A DNA stretch of 64,000 nucleotides, taken from positions 1 through 64,000 of the forward strand of contig JAYZBV010000071.1 in the NCBI GenBank assembly GCA_036338595.1, read 5' to 3'. A program made the translations under genes and the position numbers. The first letter of the stretch is position 1. Each line of letters begins with the position of its first letter. This document shows positions 49,289 to 62,300 of this stretch, piece by piece. The stretch comes from Planctomycetota bacterium (GTDB taxonomy: Bacteria; Planctomycetota; UBA8108; UBA1146). Below the pieces are notes generated by a model. The model made no database searches. It was not told the DNA's origin and saw only the letters and a list, made by a program, of their open reading frames with translations.

Positions 49289-51675
49289 CTTGTCCTCCGG
49301 CTGCCTTTTCCTGGTCTCCCTTTTCGTTTTCCAGTCGCAGGTCGCACCCTCGACCCCTCGCCATTCGATCGTTTTCGAGACGGTCGCTGACGCGGCTCCT
49401 TTCGATCCTTCTCCGGTCGACGCTTCGAGACCCGTTTTCCCGGATGGGCGCCGGATCCTCGCCCCCGCCTGGCTCCAGGCCGGGTGTGAAGGTACCTCAA
49501 ATCGATGTCTCGGTGGAGCGGATCTACCGCCTCCAGTTCAACTTCAACAGGATCGCCAAGACGGATCATGTTTCCAGCATTGACACCGCGCAGCGCAAAC
49601 TGAGTCTCGTTGAAGATATAGGTGTCATCGATCAACTTCGAAACATGGACGAAGCCGTCGATCAGTACACCATCGAGACGAACATGAAATCCCTGGTTTC
49701 GGACCGATGTCACGACTCCCGTGAAGCGCTCCCCGACGCGGTGCCTCAACCAGGAAATCGCCCGAAGACGAGCCATGTCTCTTTCTGCGGCCTCGGCAGT
49801 CCTCTCGCGGGTACTACACGTCTCGGCCATCTCGAGCAAGGAAGCCGTGGCAGCATCGGTTCTTGGATCGACCCCATCGAAGATGTGCCGATCGATCGCA
49901 CGGTGCACCTGCAGATCAGGATACCTTCGAATCGGTGAGGTGAAGTGACAGTACTCATCCTTTCGCAAAGCAAAATGAGGCTCTCGAAGAGGACTGTATT
50001 CGGCGCGGCTGAGGGTTTTTAGCAGTGCGAATGAAACTACGGGCGCCGCTGCTGATCCTCGCACCGCATCGATCACTGCGGGCAGGTCATCGACTCCTCG
50101 CACGATCGCCTCCGGGGCCAGCACCCGGCACAGGCGCGCGAATCGGTCCAGGTCCTCCGGAATAGGGGGTGCATGGACGCGGCGAAGAACGGGGATTTCT
50201 TTCTCGGTGGCGATGCTGGCCACAGCTTCGTTCGCGATCAGCATGCACTCCTCGACAAGATTGTGAGCCACGAGTCGCTCCCTGGCTGCTACCTCGATCA
50301 CTTCCCCTTCGTCATCGAGGATCAACTTCATCTCGTCCAGGTCCAGATCCAGACAACCCGCTGCCAATCTCCGGTCACGCAGAAGTGAACGAACCTGCGC
50401 CAGCTCTTTCAGCATCGCCTCGATGGCATCCGTGGTGATCCTGTCCCTATCTTCTCCCGCATCGAGAAGCGTCTGGACCTGCTGGTAGGTGAAGCGCTGA
50501 GCACTTCGGATCACCGCCTTCTCGATGGTGGCGTCGAGGATCTCGCCCGATTCCCCGACATCGACCCAGACCACCTTGGCCAGTCGATCTTCACCGGGCC
50601 TCAGTGAGCAGAGCCCATTACTGAGCCGCTCGGGAAGCATCGGAATCGTCTTTCCCGGGATGTAAACACTGCAACTGCGTAGCAACGCTTCGCCGTCGAT
50701 GGGGTCACCTTGCTCGACATAGTGGCTCACGTCTGCAATGGCGATTCCCAATCTCTTGCCGCCCCCTGGAGCTTCGATGAGAACGATCGCATCGTCGAAA
50801 TCCTTGGCATCTTCCGGGTCGATGGTGACGAAGGGAGTTGCTCTGAGATCGGTGCGCCGGGAGATTTCGGTGGCAGGAATCTGATCTGGAAAATTATTGG
50901 CCTGCTGCAACGCTTCCTCGGGAAACTCATCTCTCAGTTGATGTTCAGCACAAACCAGCTGGAGATCTGCACGCCATGTCCCTTCGGCAGCCCACAGGCA
51001 CACGACTTCTCCCGGAGGCATGCCATTGACTGTATTTCCGTCGCGCAGACGAGCCAGCACGCGATCTCCATCGCTGACACCCTGTTGATAGGCGGGGTCG
51101 ATCCACAACTGTCGAAGGCTGTCGTGGCGCATCGGCTCCACCACACCGCCACCATCTCGCTGTTGCCAGAACAGGCCCGGGATGACGCGGGGGCTACGCT
51201 GCAAGACCTCCAGGACCTTGCCACTTCGCCCCTCACGGGAGGCACCAGGTCGACCACGATCGGTCCGAGAGAGTCCGGCGAGCACTCGATCACCGTGGTG
51301 AGCATCTTTGAGACGGCGAGCGGGGATGAACACATCCCCCTCGGGATCCTCTACCAGTGGTCGAACAAAACCGAATCCTCGACGAGTGACGGAAAGTGTA
51401 CCGACCAACCAGTGCTCGCGATGTGGAACAAACCAACCACGAGCCAGCAGGAAAACCGTCTCGCCCTGCTCCTCCAGTTGCTCCAGCAGTTCCTTCAGCC
51501 TCGGCTGATCCTCGGGCTTCAGTCCGATGGCCTCAGCGATGGCTTCGAGGGAGGAATGTCGGTAATCCGGTCCATGACTCCAGACGCGAAAGGCGTTGAG
51601 CCACTGCTGATCACGCTCCGATCGCAATGCTCCCCCTCCCGACGATGCACGAGGGCTGTGATGGGGCAATGTCAT
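49285..51675 (-). CDS. rnr: Ribonuclease R
   Basis: GFGFV cold-shock domain, TIDPEDAKDFDDA, HFTSPIRRYPDL, S1 domain, basic C-terminal tail. Confidence 0.95.
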   Translation of the reverse strand: MTLPHHSPRASSGGGALRSERDQQWLNAFRVWSHGPDYRHSSLEAIAEAIGLKPEDQPRLKELLEQLEEQGETVFLLARGWFVPHREHWLVGTLSVTRRGFGFVRPLVEDPEGDVFIPARRLKDAHHGDRVLAGLSRTDRGRPGASREGRSGKVLEVLQRSPRVIPGLFWQQRDGGGVVEPMRHDSLRQLWIDPAYQQGVSDGDRVLARLRDGNTVNGMPPGEVVCLWAAEGTWRADLQLVCAEHQLRDEFPEEALQQANNFPDQIPATEISRRTDLRATPFVTIDPEDAKDFDDAIVLIEAPGGGKRLGIAIADVSHYVEQGDPIDGEALLRSCSVYIPGKTIPMLPERLSNGLCSLRPGEDRLAKVVWVDVGESGEILDATIEKAVIRSAQRFTYQQVQTLLDAGEDRDRITTDAIEAMLKELAQVRSLLRDRRLAAGCLDLDLDEMKLILDDEGEVIEVAARERLVAHNLVEECMLIANEAVASIATEKEIPVLRRVHAPPIPEDLDRFARLCRVLAPEAIVRGVDDLPAVIDAVRGSAAAPVVSFALLKTLSRAEYSPLREPHFALRKDEYCHFTSPIRRYPDLQVHRAIDRHIFDGVDPRTDAATASLLEMAETCSTRERTAEAAERDMARLRAISWLRHRVGERFTGVVTSVRNQGFHVRLDGVLIDGFVHVSKLIDDTYIFNETQFALRGVNAGNMIRLGDPVEVELEAVDPLHRDIDLRYLHTRPGARRGRGSGAHPGKRVSKRRPEKDRKEPRQRPSRKRSNGEGSRVRPATGKRKGRPGKGSRRTR

Positions 51676-51731
51676 GCCCCATCACGGCCCGGTACAGCTT
51701 CTGGTCACGCATCTCGCCTTTTCGGATCGGT

Positions 51732-52970
51732 CTAGCCGACGGTCTGGATGATCGAGAGTAGCGGCATGAACAGTGCGACGACGATGAATCCAACCGCACC
51801 TCCCATGCCCACGATCAATAGTGGCTCGAGTAGGCTTGAGAGAGATTCCACGAGCACGTCCACATCGAGATCGTAGTTGTCGGAAATCTTGTTGAGCATC
51901 TTGTCGAGTTCGCCAGTTTCCTCACCGATGTCGATCATGTTGACGAGCAACGGGTCGAACACGCCGGAAGCTCCCAGTGGCTCGGCGATGGTTTCACCCT
52001 CGCGGATCGATCCACAGACCTGCTCGATCGCGTCCGAGATGACCCGGTTTCCCACCGCAGCCCTGACGATATCGAGCGCCTCAAGAATCGGAACGCCGGA
52101 CTGGATCAAGGTGCCCAGGGTACGGCAGAAGCGCGAGATCGTCGATTTCCTGACGATCTGGCCGAAGATCGGTGCTCTCAATTTCGACTTGTCGATCATC
52201 AATTCACCAGTGTTGGTTTTTGCGAGGCCCTTCATCGCCGCGTAGCCACCAAACACCACCAGCGGAGCCAGGAACCAGTAGGACTGCACTGCGTTGGCAA
52301 AGGCCAGCAGTGCCAGGGTGGGAGTGGGTAATGTAGTGTTCATGTCGGCGAACATCTTCTCGAACTGCGGAATCACCTTGGTCATGATGAAGCCAAGGAT
52401 CAGGGCGGCGACACAGATGACCGCGATCGGGTACACCATGGCGCCCTGGACCTTCTTACGCAGTTTCATCGACTTTTCCTGAAAGTCTGAAAGACGCTGC
52501 AAGATGGTGTCCAGAACTCCACCGATTTCTCCTGCCTTGACCATGGCGACGAACAGGTGGTTGAAAGTTTTGGGGAACTTCTCAAGAGCCTCCGAGAAGG
52601 TGGCTCCCCCCTCGACATCATCCGTCACCTTGTTCAGTTGATCCTGAAAGGTACCTGGTTTCATCTGGTCGGCGAGGATCTTCAGCGAGCGCACGATGGG
52701 GAGACCTGCATCCTGAAGGGTCGCGAGCTGCTGTGTGAATTGCACCATTTCAGTCTGAGAGACTCTGCCGCCGAAGAGTTTGAAGCCGCGTTTCTTCTTC
52801 TTTGCAACTCCGGCGCCGATAGAACCACCGCCCTTGCTCTCGCGAATCTTCGTGGGCTTCAGTCCGCGAGACCGCAGTTGCTTGATCGCCTCCTGCTGCG
52901 TCCCGGCCTCGATGGTACTGCGCTTTTTCTGGCCGCCTGGGCCGATCGCCTCGTACTCGAATACCGCCAT
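51732..52970 (-). CDS. pilC: Type IV pilus / T2SS inner-membrane platform protein (PilC/GspF)
   Basis: FTQQLATLQDAGLP, AGEIGGVLD, GEETGELD, LLEP; start MAVFEYEA at 52970. Confidence 0.93.
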   Translation of the reverse strand: MAVFEYEAIGPGGQKKRSTIEAGTQQEAIKQLRSRGLKPTKIRESKGGGSIGAGVAKKKKRGFKLFGGRVSQTEMVQFTQQLATLQDAGLPIVRSLKILADQMKPGTFQDQLNKVTDDVEGGATFSEALEKFPKTFNHLFVAMVKAGEIGGVLDTILQRLSDFQEKSMKLRKKVQGAMVYPIAVICVAALILGFIMTKVIPQFEKMFADMNTTLPTPTLALLAFANAVQSYWFLAPLVVFGGYAAMKGLAKTNTGELMIDKSKLRAPIFGQIVRKSTISRFCRTLGTLIQSGVPILEALDIVRAAVGNRVISDAIEQVCGSIREGETIAEPLGASGVFDPLLVNMIDIGEETGELDKMLNKISDNYDLDVDVLVESLSSLLEPLLIVGMGGAVGFIVVALFMPLLSIIQTVG

Positions 52971-53036
52971 CTTCTCTGCTCCTTCTGGGCGGCTTCCCTC
53001 CCGGGACTCCGCAATCACATCCTAGGCGATGAACAC

Positions 53037-54746
53037 CTAGGCGACGATGGTCTCCTTGACCACCTCCTCGATGGTGGTGATTCCGTCGTAAATGTGGATC
53101 AGGCCCGAATCTCTGAGGGTATTCATCCCCTCCTCGCGGGCCATCGCCTGAATTTCCTGGGTACTGGCTCCGGTCATGATCAGGTCTCGCAATCGGTCCG
53201 TCATCTGCATGATCTCGAACAGGGCGATCCGTCCCTTGTATCCCGAGTTGTTACATTCCTTGCAACCCTTGCCGTAGAAGAATGTGCGCCCCTGAACATC
53301 GGACGGGGTCAAGTCCAGTTCCATCAGCATCTCATCTGTGGGCTCATACTCGACCTTGCATTCAGAGCAAACCCTTCGCACCAGCCGCTGCGCTACCACC
53401 GCTTCAACAGTTGCAGTGAGCAGGAACGATTCGATTCCCAGATCGATCAATCGAATCATCGAGGAGGGTGCATCATTGGTGTGCAGAGTGGAGAAAACGA
53501 TGTGACCGGTCAAACTCGCTTCGACCGCAATCTGAGCAGTTTCGAGGTCCCGGATCTCACCGACGAGGATCTTGTCAGGGTCCTGACGCAGGATCGCCCG
53601 CAAACATAAGGCGTATGTGACATTGATCTCATCATTGATGGGGATCTGGACAATTCCGTCGATGTTGTATTCGACAGGATCCTCGGTCGTGATGATCTTC
53701 GTCATCGGATTGTTCGCCTCATTGAGGCATGAGTACAACGTCGTCGTTTTTCCAGATCCTGTCGGACCAGTGACAAGGATGATCCCGTTTGGCTTGAGGA
53801 TCAGCTTTCTCAACATATCGAGATCTCGCTGGCGCAAGCCGATCTGTTCCAGGTCGAGTGATACCTGACCACGGTCTAGTACCCTCATCACCACTGACTC
53901 GCCATGCATCGTCGGCAATGTCGAGACACGAAGGTCTACCGGACGTCCTGCAATGTTGAGTTCGATCCTGCCATCCTGAGGAAGACGCGTCTCTGCGATA
54001 TCGAGGTTCGACATCACCTTTACTCTCGAGATCACCGCACGCGCCAGTTGGATCGGGGGAGGCATCATCTCGTAGAGGACGCCGTCTACCCTGTAGCGGA
54101 TCTTGAATTCCTTCTCGAACGGTTCGAGGTGAATATCGGAGGCTCGATCCTTGATCGCGGACAGCAGCACCATGTTGAGCAATTTGACCACGGGAGCGGC
54201 GTTGACGTCCTTTTCCAGCTGGTCCATATCCATCATGTCGTGACGATTATCGTCGAGAACCTCGATGTCGTCCTGGTCCATCGAGCCGAGCAAGCTCTCC
54301 ATCGATTCCGAACGGTCGGCGTAATACTTGGTCATGGCGCGCTCGATCGCTTCCGGATCGCTGAGGGCACCCTTCACCTCGATGTTGAGCATGAATTTCA
54401 TGTCGTCGAGAGCGCTGATGTTCTGCGGATCCGCCAGCGCCAGGGTCAATACCTTGCCGTCAAACTCGACGGGGACGACCTGGTAGGTTTCTGCAACATG
54501 GGGAGGAACCATATCGAGGAGATCCGCAGTCACGACCGTTTCATCAAGATCGACCGGCTCCATGCCCGCCTGCTTTGCGATGGCGACACGGAGGTCTGCA
54601 TCGGTCACGAGCCCCTTTTCAGAAAGGATCCTCCCGAGTGCACCGCCCTTGGACTTCTGTTCCTGAAGAGCTTCCTGGATGTCGAGTTCCGTGATCAGAT
54701 CCATATCCTTGAGGATCTGACCGATCGGCTTCGCGGCCAGCGCCAT
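53037..54746 (-). CDS. pilB: Type IV pilus assembly ATPase (PilB/GspE), copy 2
   Basis: ASDIHLEP, GPTGSGKTTTL, EDPVEY, LRQDPD, TLHTND, CxxC..CxxC. Confidence 0.93.
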   Translation of the reverse strand: MALAAKPIGQILKDMDLITELDIQEALQEQKSKGGALGRILSEKGLVTDADLRVAIAKQAGMEPVDLDETVVTADLLDMVPPHVAETYQVVPVEFDGKVLTLALADPQNISALDDMKFMLNIEVKGALSDPEAIERAMTKYYADRSESMESLLGSMDQDDIEVLDDNRHDMMDMDQLEKDVNAAPVVKLLNMVLLSAIKDRASDIHLEPFEKEFKIRYRVDGVLYEMMPPPIQLARAVISRVKVMSNLDIAETRLPQDGRIELNIAGRPVDLRVSTLPTMHGESVVMRVLDRGQVSLDLEQIGLRQRDLDMLRKLILKPNGIILVTGPTGSGKTTTLYSCLNEANNPMTKIITTEDPVEYNIDGIVQIPINDEINVTYALCLRAILRQDPDKILVGEIRDLETAQIAVEASLTGHIVFSTLHTNDAPSSMIRLIDLGIESFLLTATVEAVVAQRLVRRVCSECKVEYEPTDEMLMELDLTPSDVQGRTFFYGKGCKECNNSGYKGRIALFEIMQMTDRLRDLIMTGASTQEIQAMAREEGMNTLRDSGLIHIYDGITTIEEVVKETIVA

Positions 54747-54798
54747 GTCTCACCTCACCGCCAGTTTCTCCGGGGCGGTACCGGATCAAGTGTTCAAA

Positions 54799-56493
<1,695 letters not shown>

Positions 56494-56877
56494 GCAACAC
56501 CTTTCCTGCTCGTCCGGGAGTCACCCCCTGAACCGGAGCGGAAATTAAAGCGCATCGGGCTGCTCGTTGATTTGAGCTGGCCGTCAACTTACCTGGAGAG
56601 GAAGTGGCTGTCGGGAGAGAAGTTCGAGCGACCGAAGCGCTCCTGTTGACTTCTTTCCGAGTGGCGCAGCACGTCTCTCCTGAGATCGCTCGCAATAACT
56701 GCAGCGTCGCCCATTTCGGGCACCCCTGCGCAACAGTCGTCACCTGATTACAAACCAGATTCCAGGCACCCATGACCCCATCGATGAAGATCGAGATCCG
56801 GCGTACCTGCAGGTCAGCCTCTTGAAGTGGGTATTCCTGGGACAGGATCACCCCCGGGAACGAACCCGGAAACCTGA

Positions 56878-56905
56878 ATCCTACGAGATGGCCGTTGGGA
56901 GTCAA
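56878..56905 (-). promoter_or_regulatory. Sigma70-type promoter candidate for the pil operon
   Basis: Minus strand TTGACT-N16-TAGGAT. Confidence 0.5.
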
Positions 56906-56987
56906 GGATAGCCCGGTTGTAGCGACTTCAGGGCGGGTCCCCGATCCCATGGATTCGGGCCATCCAGGTTCGCCTTTCGAGGGTCTC

Positions 56988-57016
56988 TTGCCGCTGCAAG
57001 TCCCCCGGTCTAGAAT
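56988..57016 (+). promoter_or_regulatory. Sigma70-type promoter candidate for the beta-barrel gene
   Basis: TTGCCG-N17-TAGAAT. Confidence 0.5.
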
Positions 57017-57180
57017 CCCGCCTTCCCCATCCCGGTCATGTCCCCGGTGGTGTCGGTCCCAGGATCACCGGATTGTCCATGAGCGACCAGGATGGAGCCC
57101 CGGAGTCGCCGGGAAGCGGAAAGGTGTGATTCCGATTGTGGAGTCCAATCAACCATAGCCCTTTGAATTGGAGACCAAAC

Positions 57181-57807
57181 GTGTGGAGTCTCAGAGCCCT
57201 GGTTCTACCCCTGTTGTCCCTGTTGCTTTTTTCCGGCTGCGCTGGAAATAGCGACTGGGTACGCTTTCGTCCCGATGCAACATCTCCATTCTCAGGAGTG
57301 GAGCAACCTCACGCCAAACCCTACTCCGGTCAGGTGAGTTTCACCCGAGGGATGTATGACCTCGGAGCTTCCTCCGCCGTGATCGCAGCGAATCAGCTCG
57401 ACGACATCGACGGATATGGACTGTGGATCAGCGCCCGCCCCAGTGAATGGTACATCGCTCCCGAGGTGGGTTTCATCGGTTCGAAGGAAACGAATGGCGC
57501 ACTGGGCAAGATTCGCTTTTCTGAGTTTTTTGCCGGAGGCCGTGTCATCGCGGAGTTGCCGTTCACGCCACTCTCCCTCATTGCAGGAGCGGGCATCAGT
57601 TCGGTGGATGGAGAAATCTACACCGTGGATGTCGCAGAAAGCGGAGTCTACTTCCACGGGGGAGCGATACTCCATATGGGAGACAACGCGCACCTGACAC
57701 TGGACTATCGAAATGTCGGTTTCTCGAACGACATCACGGTTGACACCCTCGGCAACACCGCTGATTCCATGGACGTGATCTCCGTGATGCTTGGATTCAA
57801 CTGGTAG
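57181..57807 (+). CDS. Small outer-membrane beta-barrel protein with lipoprotein signal
   Basis: Lipobox LFSG-C, amphipathic beta strands, C-terminal MLGFNW; GTG start after GGAGA. Confidence 0.72.
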   Translation: MWSLRALVLPLLSLLLFSGCAGNSDWVRFRPDATSPFSGVEQPHAKPYSGQVSFTRGMYDLGASSAVIAANQLDDIDGYGLWISARPSEWYIAPEVGFIGSKETNGALGKIRFSEFFAGGRVIAELPFTPLSLIAGAGISSVDGEIYTVDVAESGVYFHGGAILHMGDNAHLTLDYRNVGFSNDITVDTLGNTADSMDVISVMLGFNW

Positions 57808-57860
57808 AATCGGCCTCAAGACCCGTTCTTGAATTCTCATCGCCTGCCATCTGATCGATG

Positions 57861-59264
57861 TCAGGCGATGATTTTTTGGACCACCCGGCCAGCCACATCG
57901 GTGAGGCGGAAATCTCTCCCCGCGTGGCGGTAGGTCAGCCTCTCGTGGTCGATGCCCAGCAGGTGCAAGATCGTCGCGTGCAGATCGTTGACATGGACCT
58001 TGTCGACCACCGCGTGATAACCGTAGTCATCGGTTTCACCATAGGACAAGCCACCTCGGACACCGCCGCCCGCCATCCAGATCGTGAACCCATGGGGATT
58101 GTGGTCGCGCCCATTGCCATCCTGAGCAGTGGGAGTCCTGCCGAACTCTCCTCCCCAGATCACCAGTGTGTCTTCCAGTAGTCCCCTCGTCTTCAGATCC
58201 TTCAACAACCCGGCTATCGGTTTATCGACCTCGAGCGCATTCTTGGAATGCCCTCCCTTGAGATTGCTGTGCTGATCCCACTTGTAGGAATGGGTGCACT
58301 GGATGAATCGAACTCCTGCTTCTGCGAAGCGACGAGCCATCAGGCACTGACGGCCAAAGTTGTCGGTGTTTGGCTCATCTATTCCGTACATCTCCATCGT
58401 CGTCTTCGTCTCGCCGGCAAGGTCCATCACCTCGGGGGCTTCCGTTTGCATCTGAAAAGCCATCTCGAAGGAACGGATCCGAGCATCCAGTGAGTCGTCA
58501 GTAGCTCGATCCCCCAGGTGCTCCAGATTGATCTCATCGAGAAGCCCCAGTTGCATCCGCTGCAGACCTTCATTCCAGTGATCATTCTTCAGGTGATGAA
58601 TGGTCGCGTCTCTCGCCTTTACACCTGCGTGCCCGATGGGAGTTCCCTGGTAGCGAGCAGGCAAAAATGCACTGGACCAATTATTGACACCACCATGGCC
58701 CAGAGTCGGACAGATGGTGATGAACCCGGGCAGATTTGAATTCTCCTCGCCCAGTCCATAGAGAACCCAGGAGCCGATGCTGGGCCTGACAAAGGTGTCA
58801 CTGCCGGTGTGCAGCGCCAGCAATGCACCGCCATGTGCATCGTTGGTTCCATGCATACTCTTGACGAAACAGATGTCATCGACCATTCCTGCGACATGTG
58901 GGAACAGCTCGCTGACCCACTGCCCTGATTCTCCATACTGCTTGAACTTCCACGGCGACTGCATGACTCCACCATATTGCTTTGGGTCCGCAAAGGTCAC
59001 ACGGGGCAGCGGGTAGGGAAGTGGCTTGCCGTCATCCTGAATCAACCTCGGCTTGTAATCGAAGGTATCCACCTGAGAAGGTCCACCATGCATGAACAGG
59101 AAAATGGCCCGCTTCGCACGCGGCGCAAAGTGCGGACCGACGGGAAGCCCCGCAAAACCAGCGGTGCTACCCAACAATCCGTCGAGGGCCAGCGCACCGA
59201 AACCTGCGCAACAACCCTTGAGCATCTTCCGCCTCGAGATGGCACTCATCGGATCAATATTCAC
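57861..59264 (-). CDS. DUF1501 family protein (Tat-like signal)
   Basis: SRRKML; IFLFMHGGPSQVDTFDYKP, WDQH, WGGEFGRTP, GRDHN, RLTDV. Confidence 0.93.
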   Translation of the reverse strand: MNIDPMSAISRRKMLKGCCAGFGALALDGLLGSTAGFAGLPVGPHFAPRAKRAIFLFMHGGPSQVDTFDYKPRLIQDDGKPLPYPLPRVTFADPKQYGGVMQSPWKFKQYGESGQWVSELFPHVAGMVDDICFVKSMHGTNDAHGGALLALHTGSDTFVRPSIGSWVLYGLGEENSNLPGFITICPTLGHGGVNNWSSAFLPARYQGTPIGHAGVKARDATIHHLKNDHWNEGLQRMQLGLLDEINLEHLGDRATDDSLDARIRSFEMAFQMQTEAPEVMDLAGETKTTMEMYGIDEPNTDNFGRQCLMARRFAEAGVRFIQCTHSYKWDQHSNLKGGHSKNALEVDKPIAGLLKDLKTRGLLEDTLVIWGGEFGRTPTAQDGNGRDHNPHGFTIWMAGGGVRGGLSYGETDDYGYHAVVDKVHVNDLHATILHLLGIDHERLTYRHAGRDFRLTDVAGRVVQKIIA

Positions 59265-59308
59265 TGCAACTCCTGTATCTCATGCTGGTCGTGCTCCACT
59301 TTCAATCG

Positions 59309-62300
59309 TCAGTCCAGGTAAAGAAACTCACTCGATGCCAGTAATGCCTGACTGAAAGCCTGCCATGAGGACTCCACCGGATCCCCCGGGCGTTCCTCTT
59401 CCGGTGAGGCCAGGAAGTACTCCACGGCGCGATTCACGAATTCAATCGACCGCTCCACTTCTTCATCTGTGGCCTCACGACACAAAATTATCCTGTGAAT
59501 CTCCTGAACTCGACCTTGCTCCGAAAGGTCCATGGCGAGGACCTGTCGCGTGATCGCCAGAGCAGCATCCAGCACCATCGGCGAGTTGAGAAAGAAGAGT
59601 GCCTGATGAGGAACCACTGTCGAATACCGCTTCGAGATCGGCGCTGAAGGATCATTGTAATCGAAGGCACTGAAGAGTTCGTACATCGCATTGCGAATCA
59701 CCGGCAAGTAGATGGATCGGCGAGGCAGATCATAGCGGGCCTGGTTATTGGACTGGTCGTTGGTGACATACCCTCGATTCCCTGTCATCAGCAAGGTACC
59801 ACCCATCTCCCTGTCCAGTACCTGGCTCACTGACAGCACCGAGTCCCGAACCGCCTCTGCACGCAGTCGGTGTCGATTCTGTCGCCAGAGAAGTCTGTTC
59901 TCCGGGTCCAGTTCTGCAGCCGCGGGATCCTCGATGACCTGTTGCCGCCAGGTCGAGGTAGACAGGATTCGGCGGATCATCTGCTTCGTGGACCAGCCGT
60001 TTGCAACGAAGTCGTGGGCGAGGCGATCGAGCAGTTCTGGATGACTCGGTCGTTCACCGCTGTAACCAAAGTTGGACGGAGTGGCCACCAGTGCCTCCCC
60101 GAACAGTTCCTGCCAGATCCGGTTCACTGCCACACGTGAGGTCAACGGGTGATCCTCATCGGTCATCCAGCGGGCGAGCTCCAGTCGACCGCTGCTTCCT
60201 TCTTCCACCTGAATCGGTGGAACCAGGTTCTCGGTGACCTGCATCGCTCCTCTTGGCACGGCTTCGCTGGCCAGCCTCAGATGACTTCCACGGATATGGA
60301 TCGGTAGATCTGCGATCTTTCCATCCTGAACCCCCATCGCCAGCACGGCTGCCGGTGGTTTTTCTTCGTCCTTGGTCGCCAGCGAGGCGATGATCTGATC
60401 GACGGGTTCCCGCAGTGCCTCGGGGGCGGATTTCTCGGCCAGAAGCAGCGGCTCGAACCAGGGACCCGCCGTCGACCGCAATTGATCCGAGATCGGTTTC
60501 AATGCCGCAACGCTTCCCGCGCCCGATGCCTCTGCGGCTTCCACAAGCGTCTGGTAGATGGCGGCGACCGACGCCCGATCGCTCGGCTTCGACTGCGACA
60601 GAATCGCCCTCGCCTCTTCCGAGAGGGAGAGGGTCTTCTCGTCGGCCAGTGTCTCCTCCCACCAGGCAGACACCTGCTCGGGTGCATCGATCCGCAATGT
60701 CATGAACTCGATCCAGGGGCCCCAGAGCGGATCCTGCTGCAGAGTGGGCCGGGTCAGGAAATCGACCCAGCCGGAGACGATCATCGGATCTCGAGGTGTC
60801 GGCCATCCCCGGGCGGGAACCAACCGCACTCGATCGAGGTGAGGGACGGCGCCATCTCTTTCGAGACGGATCTCGACTTCTCCCGCATCGAGTTGTATCT
60901 CGGCCTGGGCTTCCCAGAAGAGGTGGGTGGTGGTCCAACCACCGGTGACGGTTGCCAGTGCTTCCCTGGAAACCTCTTCGCCGTTGACGATCAATCGCAT
61001 CGGGCGACGCTCCTTGGCCGAATAACGCACCTCGAGGGACCAGAGTCCGGGATCGGGAACCTGCAACTTCCATGTCGCTTGCTGGATCCCTCCCTTGACC
61101 GAATGCAGTACCGGAATCTGTTGCGTTCCGTAGTTGGTGCGATTTTCGCCGAGTGTCGTGGATGAGGTCTCGGTGACTCCGGAGATGGCGATCCGTTGCA
61201 GAGCATCCTGAGCGGCAAGCAAATGCTGACCGACGCCGACAGAGAGATCTTCTTCGAGGCTTTCCCTGAGTTTCTTCTTGGCGGATTCCAGTTCCTTGGC
61301 GATGGATGCGCGCTGCGACTGCCACTTCTCACGCAGTTGCTTTTCCGGAGCAGTTTCCAGCGAGATCTCACGCCATTTTGCAACGGTCTTCAGGTTCTCC
61401 ATCGTACTTGTAGATCGAAATATTCCAGCCATTGCGTAATAGTCTCGCGCAGGAATGGGATCGAATTTGTGGTCATGGCAACGAGCACAACCCACGGTCA
61501 TTCCCAGGAATGCCCGAGAGACAACATCGAGTTGTTCATCGACGACATCGATGGCCAATTTCGCTTCGTCCTGTTCAGCGAGCATCTTCGGACCGAGTAC
61601 AAGAAATCCGGTAGCGATGCGCTGGTCGCGCCAGGCCAGCTGGTCTTCCGTTGCTGGAAGTAAATCCCCGGCGATCTGCTCGATGAGGAACTGGTCGTAA
61701 GGCTTATCAGAATTGAAGGCACGAATCACATAATCGCGGTAACGCCAGGCGTTACCGAATGCCAGGTTTTCATCGAGACCGTTGGAATCGGCATAGCGCA
61801 CAATATCTAGCCAAGATCTCGCCCACCGCTCACCGAATTCAGGGGACTCCAGCAATTCATCTACGAACTGCTCGAAGGCCTCTGGATCATCGGAAGCCCC
61901 CAGCTGCTGGAGACGAGTCCACGGCAGGGGAAGCCCCGTGAGCATCTGATGAGCCCGCTTGGCGAGGATCTGTAGGCTGGCTTCGGGGGCAAGACCGAGG
62001 TCCTGCTCTTCCAGAGCAGCGAGGATGAAAGCATCGATGGGATCGCGTACCCGATCTCTGTCCTTGACCTCGGGTGGCTTCGGATCAGAGACGGGGAGAA
62101 ACGCCCAGTGCCCCCTCGATTCTTCCATCGAGCGCGACTTCAGACGCTCGTCCTCCGGTGCTGCCAATCCCGACGGTTCATCCCGGGGATCTGCGGCGCC
62201 GGTTCGAATCCACTGGGCCAGCGATTGGATCTCCAGCGTCGACAGCGTCTCCCCGGGAGGCATCGAGAGCCCCGGCTCGGTGCCGTTGACCGCTCTCATC